Assembly (NCBI GenBank): GCA_013239625.1
Contig: MU054925.1
Span: forward strand, 34,265,538-34,329,537
Direction: 5' to 3'
DNA from: Lama guanicoe
Taxonomy: Eukaryota
DNA length: 64,000 nucleotides
Under the pieces are notes generated by a model, which was not told the origin of the DNA, ran no database searches, and saw nothing but the letters and a program-made list of their open reading frames with translations. Below, one piece after another: positions 44,831-57,830 of this stretch. Positions within the stretch are counted from its first letter, which is position 1. Every line of letters starts with the position of its first letter. The position numbers and the translations under genes were made by a program.

Positions 44831-47800
44831 TATCAGAGGACAGCGGCAAGGGCTCATCTCGTGTCCAGAGATCACCCCAAAACACCGTACTGTGCTCCCT
44901 TGTTCTGACTGGTATCACCTGGATTAGCTTACGCTTGCCTCATCCACCCTGTTCCAAACGAGACTGTGGGGGAAACAGGGTCAGAAAAACACGTGGGGGA
45001 AAATGCAGTGATGTTGTAATCTAAAACGAAGTCCAGTCGTGGGTCTTTTAAACGGTTTACTCCAGGAAGGACAGCCGGCCCTCGGACAGGCATCTCTGCC
45101 ACTCTCCCCGGGGCCCAGTGTGCTTCACCGCGCCCTCCAGCCAGCACCTCCCTTGGCCGCGAGCCTGTGCGCGGCTGTCCTTTCACATCAGGCCTCCTGT
45201 GCCCCCACCCCTGTCCCTGAACCCTGTGAACAGCTCCCAACCCACACGACCCCCCGGGTATGGCCAGTGGGGGGCTCGGTGGCAGCAGGACCGTCAGGGC
45301 TCACAGGTCTCGTGAGGACAGGCCCGAGTCCTGGAGCTGGACCAAGGCGGGACAGACACGCCTCCAGGTGTAAACGGGCAGCCTCGTCCTGCCCCCTTCC
45401 TCCTCTGTCTTCAGGTTCCCGCCAGGGCCGCAGGCATCCTGATGGCCGGCCTTGCAGAACCCCCAGTGGCCCCCTCACAGCAGGGTCACTCCGGGCCCAA
45501 GGCCTCTCTGCTCTGGGACTTGTCAGCAGCAATACGAGGAGACAAGATGGTGGGCAAGCGTCAACTGGAAGAAATGTCACCCGTTTGCCTGTAAAACGAC
45601 GGTGAACGCATGGGACCCAGAGAGCACAGATCTCCTGGAGCCAGCCGGGCGGGGCTGGGTCCCAGCACAGGAGAGCCGCGCACCCTACCGGGCACAGCCC
45701 CGCCTCCCAGCCCTGCCGCCCAGCAGCTGGGTACTGTTCAGCCTGGGGGACAGCTGCCCTGCAGACACACAGAGGACATCCCCACGGCAACCTTCCCGGG
45801 GCCCAGGCAAGACCCACCCTCCGTCCGAGGGGCTTTGCGGCCACATGCCCCTGTGCATTAGGAGCTGGGTCTGGGTGGTTCAGGGCTATCGCCCCGCCAG
45901 AAGTGGCCCCCTCGCCAGCCCCGACGCCCCCGGCACACTGGGCTGAGACAGCCAGACTGGAGCATGAGGACCGGGGTGGGCAGGGTGGTAGGGTGGGAGG
46001 AGAGCTGGGGGAGGCGCTGCCCCTGAAGTCTTGCTGGACAAGCGCTGCAACAGGAGGCTTCAGGCCGCAGACGTGGCTGGAAGGCAGGCCCATCTGCCCT
46101 TCCGTCCCCCTCTGACCTGTGTTTCCAGGTCACTCCACACTGTCTAGGGCTCCTCAGGCCTCGAGGCTGTCTCTTTCCCAGAGCCTGAAGGCACCCATTG
46201 CGGCGTCCCTGCTCCATGGAGCAAGCAGACCCCCGAGCCAGCCCTGCGCGCCAGTGGGCAGCACACAGGTCTGGGGGCAGACACACCAGGCTGGGGCTCG
46301 GGCTTGGCCACTTTCTGTTATGTGTTTGAGGTCAGAGGAGAGGAGGGCCAGGCCTCAGAGCAGCTGGGAGCGACTGGTGCAGTCTGTTCTCTGCACTCAG
46401 CCCTCCCTACGCGCACGCACAGGCCCTCACACCTTCCCTTTGCCCCACAGACTGTGGGCTCCTGCGACCCAGAACCCCCACGGCCAACCCCCAGACCCCA
46501 ACAACACGCACTCCTGGGCTCAGGACCTGGAATCCCATGGTCCCTGAGCCTCACATTCTAGGATGTTACCCCCAATCTGCCGCTTCCTCACCGAAGTCCC
46601 CACCTAGCACGGAGGGGCCCACTTCCCTCCCAGTTTCAGTCCTGGGGAGTGGAGGTCACCCCAGGCGACCCCAGTCAGAGAGCTGGGGTCACTCTGGACG
46701 TACCCCCGCCTTCGTTCTGGACGTCTTACTTTCCAGCTATACCGATCCCGACTCTCTCCAGCCTTACTGGAAACTGACGTCGTCCCCGCCCCAACCCTAG
46801 GCAGCTCAGGCACCCCCTGCATCCCTGTGACCAGCTGACCCCGAACTGGGCGGCTCTCGAGGCCACCCCTCCTCTTGCTGCCTCCTCCACCCTCCATCCT
46901 TGAGGCCTTCAGTGTCCCTCAGATGCTCCTGGGCTTCTGGCTCAGGTCTGTAGAGGCCGCACCACACCCCCCCCCCCCGACTCCTGCCTGGTCTGCACCA
47001 GCCCCGCCCCGCTCCACTTCTGGGTGTTCCCAGAGCAGACCCCCGAGGCCTCCTCACGGCCACAGAAGCTTCCAGAAGGGCCCCCTCCTTCTCCTTCTCT
47101 AGTCCCCAGGCCTCTGGGGGCCCGGCTCTCCTGATGGCCCGGAGCCACCCCCTCCACAGTCTGGGGTCTGCCTCCCCCCGCGCCCCGGGGGCCAACAGCG
47201 CCCTGCGGGCATGGACACACCTCCTCAGCATCCCCACTTCTCACACCCCACCTCCTCCGCCAGGGGGGTCCTTCTGCAGGGCCAAGCCCCCCCCACCGCG
47301 GCCCTCGGCGCAGCTCCTCCTCCCAGCCTGGGTGGTCTCTCCTGCCAGCCTTTCTCTCTCCTTTCATCCACCTTCCCCACCGAAACACACTCATCCTTCT
47401 GAAAAGGCTACAAACCCATGTCCTGGGAAAGGCGACAGTCAGCCACGCAGGAAAGTGGCGGGAGCAGACAGGGTTCTGACCTGGCGGAAGCGAGCGGGAA
47501 GCAGACAAACCAGTCGCCTTCCGACAGATGGCTCCTTGGCTCGGCGGCCGCGTCCAGGCCTGCGGTCAGCGCAGCGTCTAACCTCCACCCGCGTAAGGGA
47601 GGACTGAGCCCCCGACCGGGCTCACTTGGGCCTGGGGAGCTCCCACGGGAGGGGGTGACAGGTGCCCCGACCTCGGTACACGGCTTAGGAGGGCTCTGAG
47701 GACCAGCACCCGCTGGCCCGACCCAGCATAGCGGTGGTTCTGCCGGCGGGCCCACCAGCCCCAGGCTGGCTGTGAGGCGGAGGGACGTCAGGGCCTGGTG

Positions 47801-48989
47801 GTCTGGCCCCACAGCACTGGCCCTCCACGCTGCTCCTCCAACTGTGGGAAGTCCCAGAACCTCCAAGGGAGAAACGGCCAAGGGCACGGAGAGGCAGCAA
47901 AGATGCCTGGAGGTCAGGCCTGCCGGGCCCGTCTGACGCCTGGCCAGTGACCGCGGAGGAGGGGCCGCGTGGCCGAGCGGGAAGGCGGGCCGGAGGGAGG
48001 GCGGGCCGGGCCCCCTCCAGCGAAGCCCCCTCCCCGCCCTGCCCCCAGCTCCCAGGGACGGGGTCTCGGGCACAAGCCCAGCTGCCCATCCGCCCGCGTG
48101 CGGCGTCCTCTGCAAGCTCTCTTATTTAATAAACGAAATCTCATCAACTTATCCGGCTCCTGTTATCACTGCTGACATCAATCTGATAATATTGGCCTGG
48201 TGTGGAACCGGGCTATTAGACGTCTGCCTGGCACTTAATTTCAGAGACAAGCCGGCAGTGGGTGAACCTGCGAGCAGGCTTTTTATTACGGCTGCGGGGG
48301 AGCGTCCCGAGAGCCGCTCGTCCGTCTTCGTCAGGTCCAGCCCGGCTGCGAGCGGGACAGGCGCTGCTGTAACCACGGCCAGGGCTGAGGTGCTGGGCGG
48401 ACCCGCTGCTTACAGAGGACTTGGTGAACTGACCACGGGCCACTCAGCCCAGCGGGAGGGGCCCACAGGCCGGCCGTCTGCCAGCCTGCCCCGCGGGGCC
48501 ACTCGCTGAGCCCACCCCCACCCCAGCAGGAGGCAGCTGTTCAGGAGCCCAGGCCCGCAGGGCTCTGCTCCCCAGGAAACGAAACGCAAATGGGCTGCTC
48601 GTCGGGTGACAGGCTTTCTCCCTGGGACCATCACCACACACACACGCACACACAGACCAGAGGACAGCTCAGCTAGGGGACCCAGCCTGACGAGGCCTGT
48701 CCCCTTGAAGGCTGTCAAGGCCACAAGAGACAAAGACCCAGGAACTGCCCACAGGAAGGAGACTGCCGGCCACAGGGCGCAGCACGACGAGCACCGGGCA
48801 GAAAGGAAAGAGGTGCAGGCCGGGCGCGGGGGCTGAGGCGGGGCGGGGCGGGGCCAGCGCGGGTCTCCTGGCCGGAAGGGCCGTGTGCGGTCACGCGGGA
48901 CAGTCCTGGGGGGGTGCCCGGTGGACTCGAGTCCTTAGGGGCCACAGGTCACTGTGCCAGAAGCAGGGAGGGGTGGGGACACAGACTCG

Positions 48990-49100
48990 GGGGCACCTGA
49001 CCGGTCGGGGCCTGGGTGACAAAGATACGAGAGCTTCTCGCTCGTTCTTGTGACCTTTCTGTGCGTTTGAAATTATTTCAAAATAAAACAAAATAAAACC
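48990..49100 (+). mobile_element. L1M 3' end with A-rich tail
   Basis: ttcttgtgacctttctgtgcgtttgaaattatttcaaaataaaa. Confidence 0.65.
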
Positions 49101-50799
49101 CAGCACGGGTGGCAACCTGAGAGGACTGATGGCACCCAGAGGACACACTCATCCCAGAGAAGAGCAACAGATCGTCCTCTCTTCCGTTTGTCCAGCGAGG
49201 CGTGGGGGAGGGCAAGCTCGCCGAAGGCGTTCTACATTCATCTGAAAAAACAAACTGGAAAAAGGTCACCGAGGTGGGGGAACTTGCTCCGCTGGGTATT
49301 TAGTATTTTAAATAACTGCAGCCACATGTTTTATACGTATTTAAAACGTGCGGGGCTGGCCCCAGAGAAGTCTAGAAAGAGATCCGAGGACGTCTTCATT
49401 CCAGCATCCAACTTCTGTGCGCTCAACCTACCTGCTCCCAGACTCGGAGCCTAGAGAGACGGTCCCCCCAACCCACTGACCGGAGGACCCCTGCACCCCG
49501 CCACGGCACGCAGCAGCCAGCCGGGGCCGTGTGTCGTGTGTGCGAGCACGTGCACGTGTGTGCAGGAAGACGTGCTGGGGGGCACGAGGGAACACCCAGG
49601 GCCGCGTGTGTCCAGCCCGGACCACGCACACCGTCCTCTGGAGGTGGACCCTTCGGGCAGGCCCCCTGCTGCTGCAGGTCAGAGCTGCTGGGTGAAGGGT
49701 GGAGACCCCAACCCTTCAGATCCCCAGCCTCCCACACAGGTGCCCTCCTCGTGGTCTGGAGACGGTCGGGATGCCACACGTGAGCACTAACTCTACGTGA
49801 AGGAGCTCAGAGGCCGCAGACTTCCTTCCTGGAACCCCACCCCGGCCCGCAGCCCTCGAGCCCTGGCGCCGAGGGTCGGGCAGTGCGCATCTCTGGGACT
49901 GGACGGGAGGGGCCCTGCGGCGCTGCACCTCTTGACCTTCTCGAGGCTCACTGCAGGGGGACAGAGGCCCGGCCTGACGGGGCCTCCGCAGGACTCTGAG
50001 CAAGGCCTCCTCTCGGGAAGCAGATCCGGGAGGCGCCGGACTCGGAAGAGTAAACCCGATGAGGAGGCCAGTCAGTGGGAGCCTGTTCCCCAACTGAAAA
50101 CGGAGACCCTCCACTGTGACGGTACCCCCTCCCAGAGCCAAGGTGAACGTGACCCTCCAGAGAGAGCAAACTTGGCACAAGGCAGGGCCTCTGGGGACGG
50201 TGGCTGCATTCTGAAGTGAGCAGGGAACCAAGTGCCATTGGTCTCTGTCGAGGGATGGGCTCGCGGACCACTGGCTCTGAGGCCAGCTTCCTGGGTCAGG
50301 GACAGTGAGCAGGAAGAAGGCCGCGGCGGGTGGTCAGCAGGGGACACAGGCTCCAGGCTCTTCAAACCCAGCAGAGCAGGCTGGGCCCACCGCCTGTGGT
50401 CCTCGGACAGCCCCCCACCTCATGGAGCCCCTTGTCCCCCGCAGCACTGGGGCAGGGGACGACCCCCACCCCAGCACCCCTGCTCACCTGCCTTGGTCAG
50501 GGGCCTCCCTTCTTCTGGGTGGACCCGGCCCCCCGCCTGGCGCCCAAGCCCGGCGTCTGTGGAGCCCCTTCTCACCCCTCTGGCCGGCTCCGGGGTCTGG
50601 GACGGCCCCTCGTCCCGCTTTCCTAGCCTGTCCCCTCACGGCACTTATCTGTTGCTCCCCCGACTGGCCTTGCATGTTGGTGGGGGGGCAAGCCCAGCGC
50701 GTCTGTTGGGGGGGGGTGAGCCCCTGGGTGCGTCGCTGCAGGCGGTGGGCAGTTCCCCAGCGGGCCCCTCCTCTGCCTCAGAACCGTGAGCGGTTCACC

Positions 50800-51050
50800 T
50801 CCCAGACACTGCCAGTTCTCCTTCGAAGACACCCATCTGATCTTATCAGCTCCTGCTCAGACGCTTTCTGTGGCTCGCCCCGCCTGTGGGATGAATTCCA
50901 AACTCCAAGTTCTTCGCCGGCACGAGGGCTTTTCACATTTGGGACCAGGCCGCCCTCCCTCCCAGTCGCCTCCGAGCCTCACCACCCCCCTAAACCTGTT
51001 TCTGCGCAGCACAGGTGCCCCTCCCTCAGCTTGGCACCCCAGGCCTCCGC
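50800..51050 (+). mobile_element. LINE-2 fragment
   Basis: atctgatcttatcagctcctgctcagacgctttctgtggctc...gaattccaaactcc. Confidence 0.6.
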
Positions 51051-51978
51051 TCACCCTGCAGAGCCACCCGGACCCCACAAACGTCCCAGGAAGTCCCCGG
51101 GCCCCTGCCTGGGAGGGTGACATTCACCTGGGGCTGCAGCGACCAGCACAGGGTCCAGCAGCCCGCTCCCCAGACACAGAGCCAGCTCTGGGAGGGCGGA
51201 CTGCGGAGCAGACGGCAGCGCTGGGCTCCTGTCCACGGAGTCTGAGGTCCTGGGAGCGGAGTGGAAGCTCACAGGATGGAGCCCCAGGCACCTCCAGAGG
51301 GCGGGGCTGCCCGGGGAGGCAAACCATGTGGCACCCACCCTCTGCAGCAGCCTCAGGAGAGAGAGGCCCAGATCAGCACCCCCCAGGCCCCTCTTTAAAG
51401 AGAAACCATGACTTAAAAAAACCTAAGGGGCAGGGAGGTAATGAGCAAATGCAACCAGGCCCTCCCCGACTGCCTCTGCGGACGGCGACCCTGGCGATGG
51501 AGCAGGGCCTGGGGACCAGTCTGGGAGGGATGTGTCCCTGCCCCCAGCTGGCCAAGAACAGACCATGAGGAGACCCTCCCGGAGAAGCCTGGAGGACAGG
51601 CGGGGATGCAGGGAAAGTGGCCCCTCTGCTCGAGCCCGGCGTGGGGAGGGCCGCCCAGCACAGTGACAGGGCCATGTCCCTCTGATGTCTCGGGATAGTA
51701 CAGGCGGGCAGCTGCCTCCCCTTGGCTGTCACACACGGTCTCCCAGCGCGAGTCAGGGGCCCTCTCTGGGCTATCTCTGGTTTCCAAGCTGCTGCCACTG
51801 GCCAGTCCGACACCGCCTCCCAGAACCTCCGGGTGCCCGCGCTCGCTGTCACAGTGACAGGACAGACACCGCCCGTCCCCATGTCCTGCCCAGTGAGGCT
51901 CCACCTTGTCCATCTGCGACAGGGACGCCCAAGAACAGGCAGCAGGTGAGTCAGAGGCCAGGCCTCGCCCAGAGAGCT

Positions 51979-52240
51979 GCACACTCGCATGTGTGCACAC
52001 AGACAAACACATGTATACAGACTCACAAGCCATGCGTGCACTCATGTGTACACTCACACACACATGCAGGCAGTACACCGACACTTGCACACAGAAAGGT
52101 ACACACGTGCACACGCAGATGCACACACGTACAGGTGCTCACACAGACATGCGTACATGCACACACTCACGTATGCATGCCTTCCAACATACACTCGCAT
52201 GCATTTGCATGCACTCTCACACGTGTGCACACTCATGCAC
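51979..52240. repeat. Degenerate CA/TGCA-rich simple repeat
   Basis: Recurring tgcacac, catgca and cacacac units. Confidence 0.88.
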
Positions 52241-53169
52241 CAGGCCAGCTCCTGCCGCTTGTGGTCGCTGTCCCCGTCACCCAGTGCCTGACTCCCCAAC
52301 TCATCCATTGACAGTCCTTCCCCTGTCAGTGTCTTTCTACCCTTATCAAGTTTTAGTCATACCGGCTACAGGAGCACATGCACGCACAGAGTCAAAGCCA
52401 TCCTGAGTGTCCTGGAACTGCCCAGAGGAGGCTGCCGTGCCCGCCTGGAGCCCATCCTTCCAGACCGTCCCTATGTGCACACAAACTACAGAGCAGACAT
52501 GGTGCAGCGCAGTGTCAGGGCACAGACAGCCACGACGAGCTCTTCCCAGACGAGACATCCTGCGTGTCTTCTGAGTCCCCTTCCAGCTTCGTCTGCTGCT
52601 CCAGAGTCGACGGATCAGGCTGGCCTCTGTCCCTGCATGGCCTGTGAGGCTCTCACGCTCGGAGACACGGTGGCAATGCCCTTGCCTGTGGCTGCCCTGC
52701 GCACATGTGAGGGCTTGAGGCCACGTCCCCAGACGGGGAGCTGTGCGGCAGAATCACTCTAGGTATCGAGGACTGGGCCTCTCCTGGCCACCACTCTCCA
52801 ACCTTTCTAACTCTGAACCCACTAAAGTGTGAGTTTCCACAAAATAATACCTACTGTTTACTGAGTGTTTATTATGTGCTTAACAAATGACCTCAAACCT
52901 TCAGAAGCAAGAGGAGTGCATGTCAGCACAGCCTCGTCCTCTGACTGGCACCACTGGGACCTGCACACCCCCCACTGGACCTAAGGCCCCGCCGCGCACA
53001 CGCGGCCCCACCGCGCACTGAGGAGATGCCTGAACAGTCGGCTGTGTGTTTTTAAATCCCACCCCAAATGCCACAAATGGGCATCGGCTCGCCTGCCCAC
53101 CAGTGTGCACTCGACCAGCATCGCGCAAAGCTGAGTCCTGGGCCGAACGCTGGGAAGGCCGAGGAACTC

Positions 53170-53340
53170 AGGGCAGTGGACGAACCTCTGGGGGAGACCA
53201 ACAGTAGGCAGGAAAGATGCCTGGGTTGGGTTCTGAAAAGTGAGCATAATCTGTAAGGAAAGAAGAGGGAGGGCGTTCCAGACAGAAAGCGGGAGACGCA
53301 GACGCACCACACAGCCGATTCTGAGTCCTGAAATGAGCGG
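53170..53340 (-). mobile_element. LINE-2 fragment (antisense)
   Basis: gggttgggttctgaaaagtgag...gagggagggcgttccagacaga. Confidence 0.55.
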
Positions 53341-53667
53341 AGTCGCAGGTGGAAACTACCAGGAGTCCTCCCACCCACGACAGCACGTGGTCCCCTTGAA
53401 CGCCCACCTGGGAGCTGAGTCCCGCTGTGGGGCTGACGCACAGAATCCTGACGCCACGTCCAGACGCAGCGTCTGCCGGGGCAGGAAGCAGCCTCCTCCC
53501 AGCATGTCCCCCTCAGCTGAGGGCGCAGTCACCCACACCTCCGGGGGTGCTCCACCCAGTGGCCACACAGTACGGCCTGTGCCTCTTAGCTGCTCTCCTG
53601 CTGTGGGAGGCGGAGCTCTGCCAGCACAGGTAGGGCCAGCCCTGCTGAGGGCCTGTGGCTGGGAAGG

Positions 53668-53772
53668 ACCACACACAGACACCATACACAGACACCACAG
53701 TGCACACACAGACACGTGCACACACGTGCGTGCACACACGCACACAGGCCTATGTGTGTGCACATGCACTCA
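53668..53772. repeat. Degenerate (CA)n repeat
   Basis: cacacacagacacc...gtgcacacacgtgcgtgcacacacg. Confidence 0.8.
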
Positions 53773-54712
53773 CGGAAGCCCATCCGTCAGGCAGGCAGAG
53801 AACTCCCTGCCCAAACATTTGGGACGGGGCATTGCAGCCCAGGAGAAAAGAGCAGGTGTAGACGCTACCTGACTGGGTTCAGATCCCACGGTGCCCCGTG
53901 CCTGCCCCGTTTCACAGTTGGGGAAGGGAGCCTGCAGGCCGTGGGACTTTGTCTCAGTGCTGGCCACACGCTTCCCATAAGGACTCCAAACTGTGAGCCC
54001 CACACAGCAGCAACACGTACTGAGGGCCAGGCCCCCATTCTCTTGGAGGAATGGACTTCCTGCACTTCGATCTGGTGAAAGAATTATTAAATGGGTTTGC
54101 CGTGTTGACCTCTCAAAGAGCCAGGTACACCACTGTAAGCCACGCTTTGGCAAATTTCTGAATAGAAAATGCTTCTTTTGAAAGGTTAGTTGAGACACGG
54201 ACGGGGGTGGTGAAGCACCTTTTGAATTCAGGGCGACGTGAGCGTTTTCTGCGTTAGAGAACGTTTGGAATGCCATCTCCTCTGGGGCTCGAACGCACGG
54301 CCGTTGTCCTGACGGGTGGTCAGCCTCACCACTAGGCCCCTGGTAGGCGCAGGCTGGGGAAGCTCGTGCGCCTGAAGCCAGGCCCTCCAGCCAGCGGCCC
54401 TGACCTCCCTCATCAGGCCTCTCAGATTGTGGTCCTCAGAGACAACGACTCAGCTCCAGGAAATGCTTAATAACCTTCCTTCAGCTCAATTGTTCCAACC
54501 TCTCTGAGGGCTGTTCTCCGTGGGGCTGGGGGGCTGAACAAGTTTCCTGACGGGGAGGAGCCGAGACAGGTCGGAATGAATCCCCTGGGAAGAGGACGGA
54601 GGTCGTCATAAAAAAATAGATGTGACAATAAATGCAGGATGCCCCCTGGTGTCTTGATCCCTCCCTTCAGGGAATCTGAGCAATTCGCTTTCTGTGCTGT
54701 TATGAGGTGAAG

Positions 54713-54797
54713 GGTGTGTGTGTGTGCGTATGCATGTCTGCGTGTGCTCGTGTGTGTGTGTGTGTGCGTGTGGGTGCGTGTGGCTGCATGCGTGTGG
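54713..54797. repeat. Degenerate (TG)n microsatellite
   Basis: ggtgtgtgtgtgtgcgtatgcatgt...tgtgtgtgtgtgtgtgcgtgtg. Confidence 0.88.
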
Positions 54798-55639
54798 ATG
54801 TCGGCCTCGCGCACAGGCTCCTCCTCAGTCACCAGCTCCCACCGCCCTCAGTAGGTGTCTCCTGAAACCTGAGGACACGCAGGAAAGCTCGGTGGCCCAA
54901 GGGAGGTTGGGAGAGTTGCCCGTCCAGCAGCGTCTAACGCCGTCGACGCAACTGGTGTCTGCTTGGCAAACTCCACCTCCGTCGCCCCACTGGGGCGTGG
55001 CTTGTGGAAGAACCACGCTCTCCTTCGAGAAAAAAATTTAAAAGTTGGGATTTAAAAGTCTGTTTGAAGGCTACTGAGGACACGACAAAGCAGGACCTGA
55101 GGGCCAAGGTCGTGGCGAGAAGGGAACTTGGAGGTGAGTGCCCATGCAGGGGCCACTGCCCCCAGAGTTCTCGCGATTCCTGGTGCTGGGAGACAGCCTC
55201 TGCTCCAGAGCTTCTGGGCCTCTCAGGACGTTCTCCCAGGACGGGGACACAAACTGCTTTGGGGCCTGAGCTGCTGAGGCAGCTGGACTTGAGGGACCAG
55301 GACCCTGGGAGGAGGGAGCTAAAATGTAGTGAGGAACTCGGTTGTCCTCCTCTTTTAAGGCATTTTCCAGATCCCTGAGCTCAAGAAGCCTCCAGATAAA
55401 AAACTAAGAACTTGGTAAAAAGCCACTGAAAGGAGACTGGAGTTTTCAGAAGCTCCACAGAGTTGAGGAAGCAAAAACAGGGGCCTAGAGCTCACCATGG
55501 AGGGGGGCCTGGACCCTGAGGATGGGGCGCATCAGAAGCAGCCAGAGCTCTGCTGCCAAAGTCAGCTCAGACCGCAGCGCTTGAGGTGATGCCTCCGCCT
55601 AGCGCCTCAGGGGGCAGGCGAGTGCCTGCGACACCCTCA

Positions 55640-56850
55640 GCGCCTCCGTCCTTCCTCCGCGATGTCTGGCATCCAACCGAGAATTACCAGGCACAGAACA
55701 AAACAGGACCAAGGGGAAGAAACAGGCCACAGACACAGACCTGCAGATGACTTCAGAATAACTACAATCAATATGTTCAAGAATTTAGATGCAAAACCCA
55801 GACTCTCACCTGAGACTGGGGGAGAAGAAGTGAAGTGACCTTCTAGAACTGAAGAAAACGCAGTAACTGAAATTCTGAATTCATGAATAGGTTTAAGGCA
55901 GAGGATCAGGGAAGTGAAAGGTCGGTACACACAGCTCAGGTCACAGCACGGAGCTGGAGAAACTGAGGAAGCGGAAGAGACAGCGCAGAGACACGTGAGC
56001 TGTAATGCGGGGCTGCCGCTCCACGGAGGGCAAAACAGGGTTTAATCTGAAGAGAGAATAGCTGAAACATTTCTAAAACTCACCAAAGGACCCCAAGGCA
56101 CAGACCTCAAGCAGGAAAAAGGAAAGAAAACTTCAACCCGGACACTCCAGAGTCTGCTAAAAAAAAAACAAAGACAAAGGGAAAATCTGAAAATCAGACA
56201 GAGAAAAAGAGAGAGAACCACAAAAGAATCAGAGTAACACCGACGCTGACTTTTGCGGGGATCAGATGTCCAGTGGAGTGCAGAGACTCCTTGAAAAAGC
56301 CCAAGGAAAGGGCTGCTGTGTCTTCAAAAGTGAAGACACCTCCAGACAGCCTGTAATCAGCAAACCACAGCAAGAGAAGCACCAGAAGTTCTTTAGATGG
56401 AAGGAAGTGATCTCAGGAAGAACCACAGATCTGCACATCAGCAACGATCCAGAGGGTCTGAACACGGCTGCCCGGCCCAACCTGGGGACACACAGGACGT
56501 GCGCCCGACAGAACACGGCACGCTGCTGCAGGCACACGGCAGCTGCACGCACACCAGCCACTGGGTCACACGGCACGACTCAAAAGTTTACAGGATTTAG
56601 AGTGAGTTCTCTCGTCACAGAATTAAACCAGAAATCAATGATTCAAGAGGCAACCAGAAAATTACCAATGTTTGGAAATTCAGCAATACATTGTGTGATA
56701 ACCTATGAGTCAAAGAAGAAATCAGTATGAAAATTAGAAAGATCGCGAGCTGAATTATAATGAAAGCACAATAGATCAAAACTTGCAGGGCGTAACAAAA
56801 GCTGTGTTTATAGCGAAATCACTACCTTAAATGCATGTGTCAGGAAAGAA
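55640..56850 (+). mobile_element. Ancient LINE-1 (L1M-type) ORF1/ORF2 remnant
   Basis: A-rich plus strand with L1-like segments caatatgttcaagaa, gaatagctgaaacatttctaaa, gaattaaaccagaaatcaat, gtcaaagaagaaatca, atcaaaacttg, aaatgcatgtgtcaggaaagaa; no intact ORF. Confidence 0.8.
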
Positions 56851-56859
56851 CGCAGCTGA

Positions 56860-57350
56860 AATGGCATCTCACTGCTTTTGGCTCACAAGCAGAATCTCTG
56901 TGTGCGACAGTCCTCGCAGTCTGGCTCCTGCGACTTCTCATGCCCTCCTCTCCAGCCCTGCAGGCTTCCAATCCCTTGAATATGCCAGTTACTCCCTGCC
57001 CCAGGGCCTTTGCACCTGCTGACCTTCCTTTGACATGCTCTCTCTCTCTCTCTCTCTCCCCTCCGGGCCGACTCCTCTGTGGAGTCAATTTAAGAGGAGC
57101 CTCTGGACACAGGTCTGGGTCAGGGCGCCTTCTCTCAGGAGGTCTGTCTTTCACGGCTCACTACCGCCACTGTCCATCAGTCACTGGGCAACTGCTTTTG
57201 GTGCAATTAATTTTAAGATGTGGTCTGTTATCCCCAAATGCCGTAAGCTCCTTGCTGGCAGGACGGGAAGCTGTCCTGTCGTCCTATCTCCAGTGCCAGG
57301 CACAGTGCCTGGTGGACGCAGGAGAAACGCAAGGGCATCTGGTCAACCAC
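56860..57350 (+). mobile_element. LINE-2 3' fragment
   Basis: cagggcctttgcacctgctg...gtaagctccttgctggcagg...tatctccagtgccaggcacagtgcctgg. Confidence 0.8.
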
Positions 57351-57719
57351 CTAAGAAACTGCTCTGCTGACTCTGAGTTGCTAAAAGACGCCCAGTCTCA
57401 GAAGAAAACTCCCCAGCGTGACCACTGCCGGCAGCTGCGTTTACTTCCACGGAGGTATTTACGATGCAATTGACCGTTATTTGCAAACCCAAGAACTCTC
57501 CCTAAGAAAGACTCCACCCCACCCTAGGGCTTAAGTAAGACAGCTTCTAACTCTGCCTCTTGTTTGCTCTGTCTGGGAAAAGACATGTTTTCTCAGTAAA
57601 CTCAATTTATGTACTAAGTCTGTTCGTCGTCCTGCCAGCAGGTGATGAAGGTGATGACAAAGTAAATGAATGCTGAGCCCCGGCAGCAGCTGCTGACGTC
57701 CTAGGTCCACCCTCCACGT

Positions 57720-57830
57720 GCATCTCAAGGGCAGACGAGAGAAGCCCAGAGGCTGTGTGACTTGCTCAAGGCGCAGAACCAGCGAGAGGCAGGGCTGAGG
57801 TCCAATCCAGGTCTGCAGGCCCTTACCTCC
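57720..57830 (-). mobile_element. MIR fragment
   Basis: gcccagaggctgtgtgacttgctcaagg...gaggcagggctgaggtccaatccaggtctg. Confidence 0.6.
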
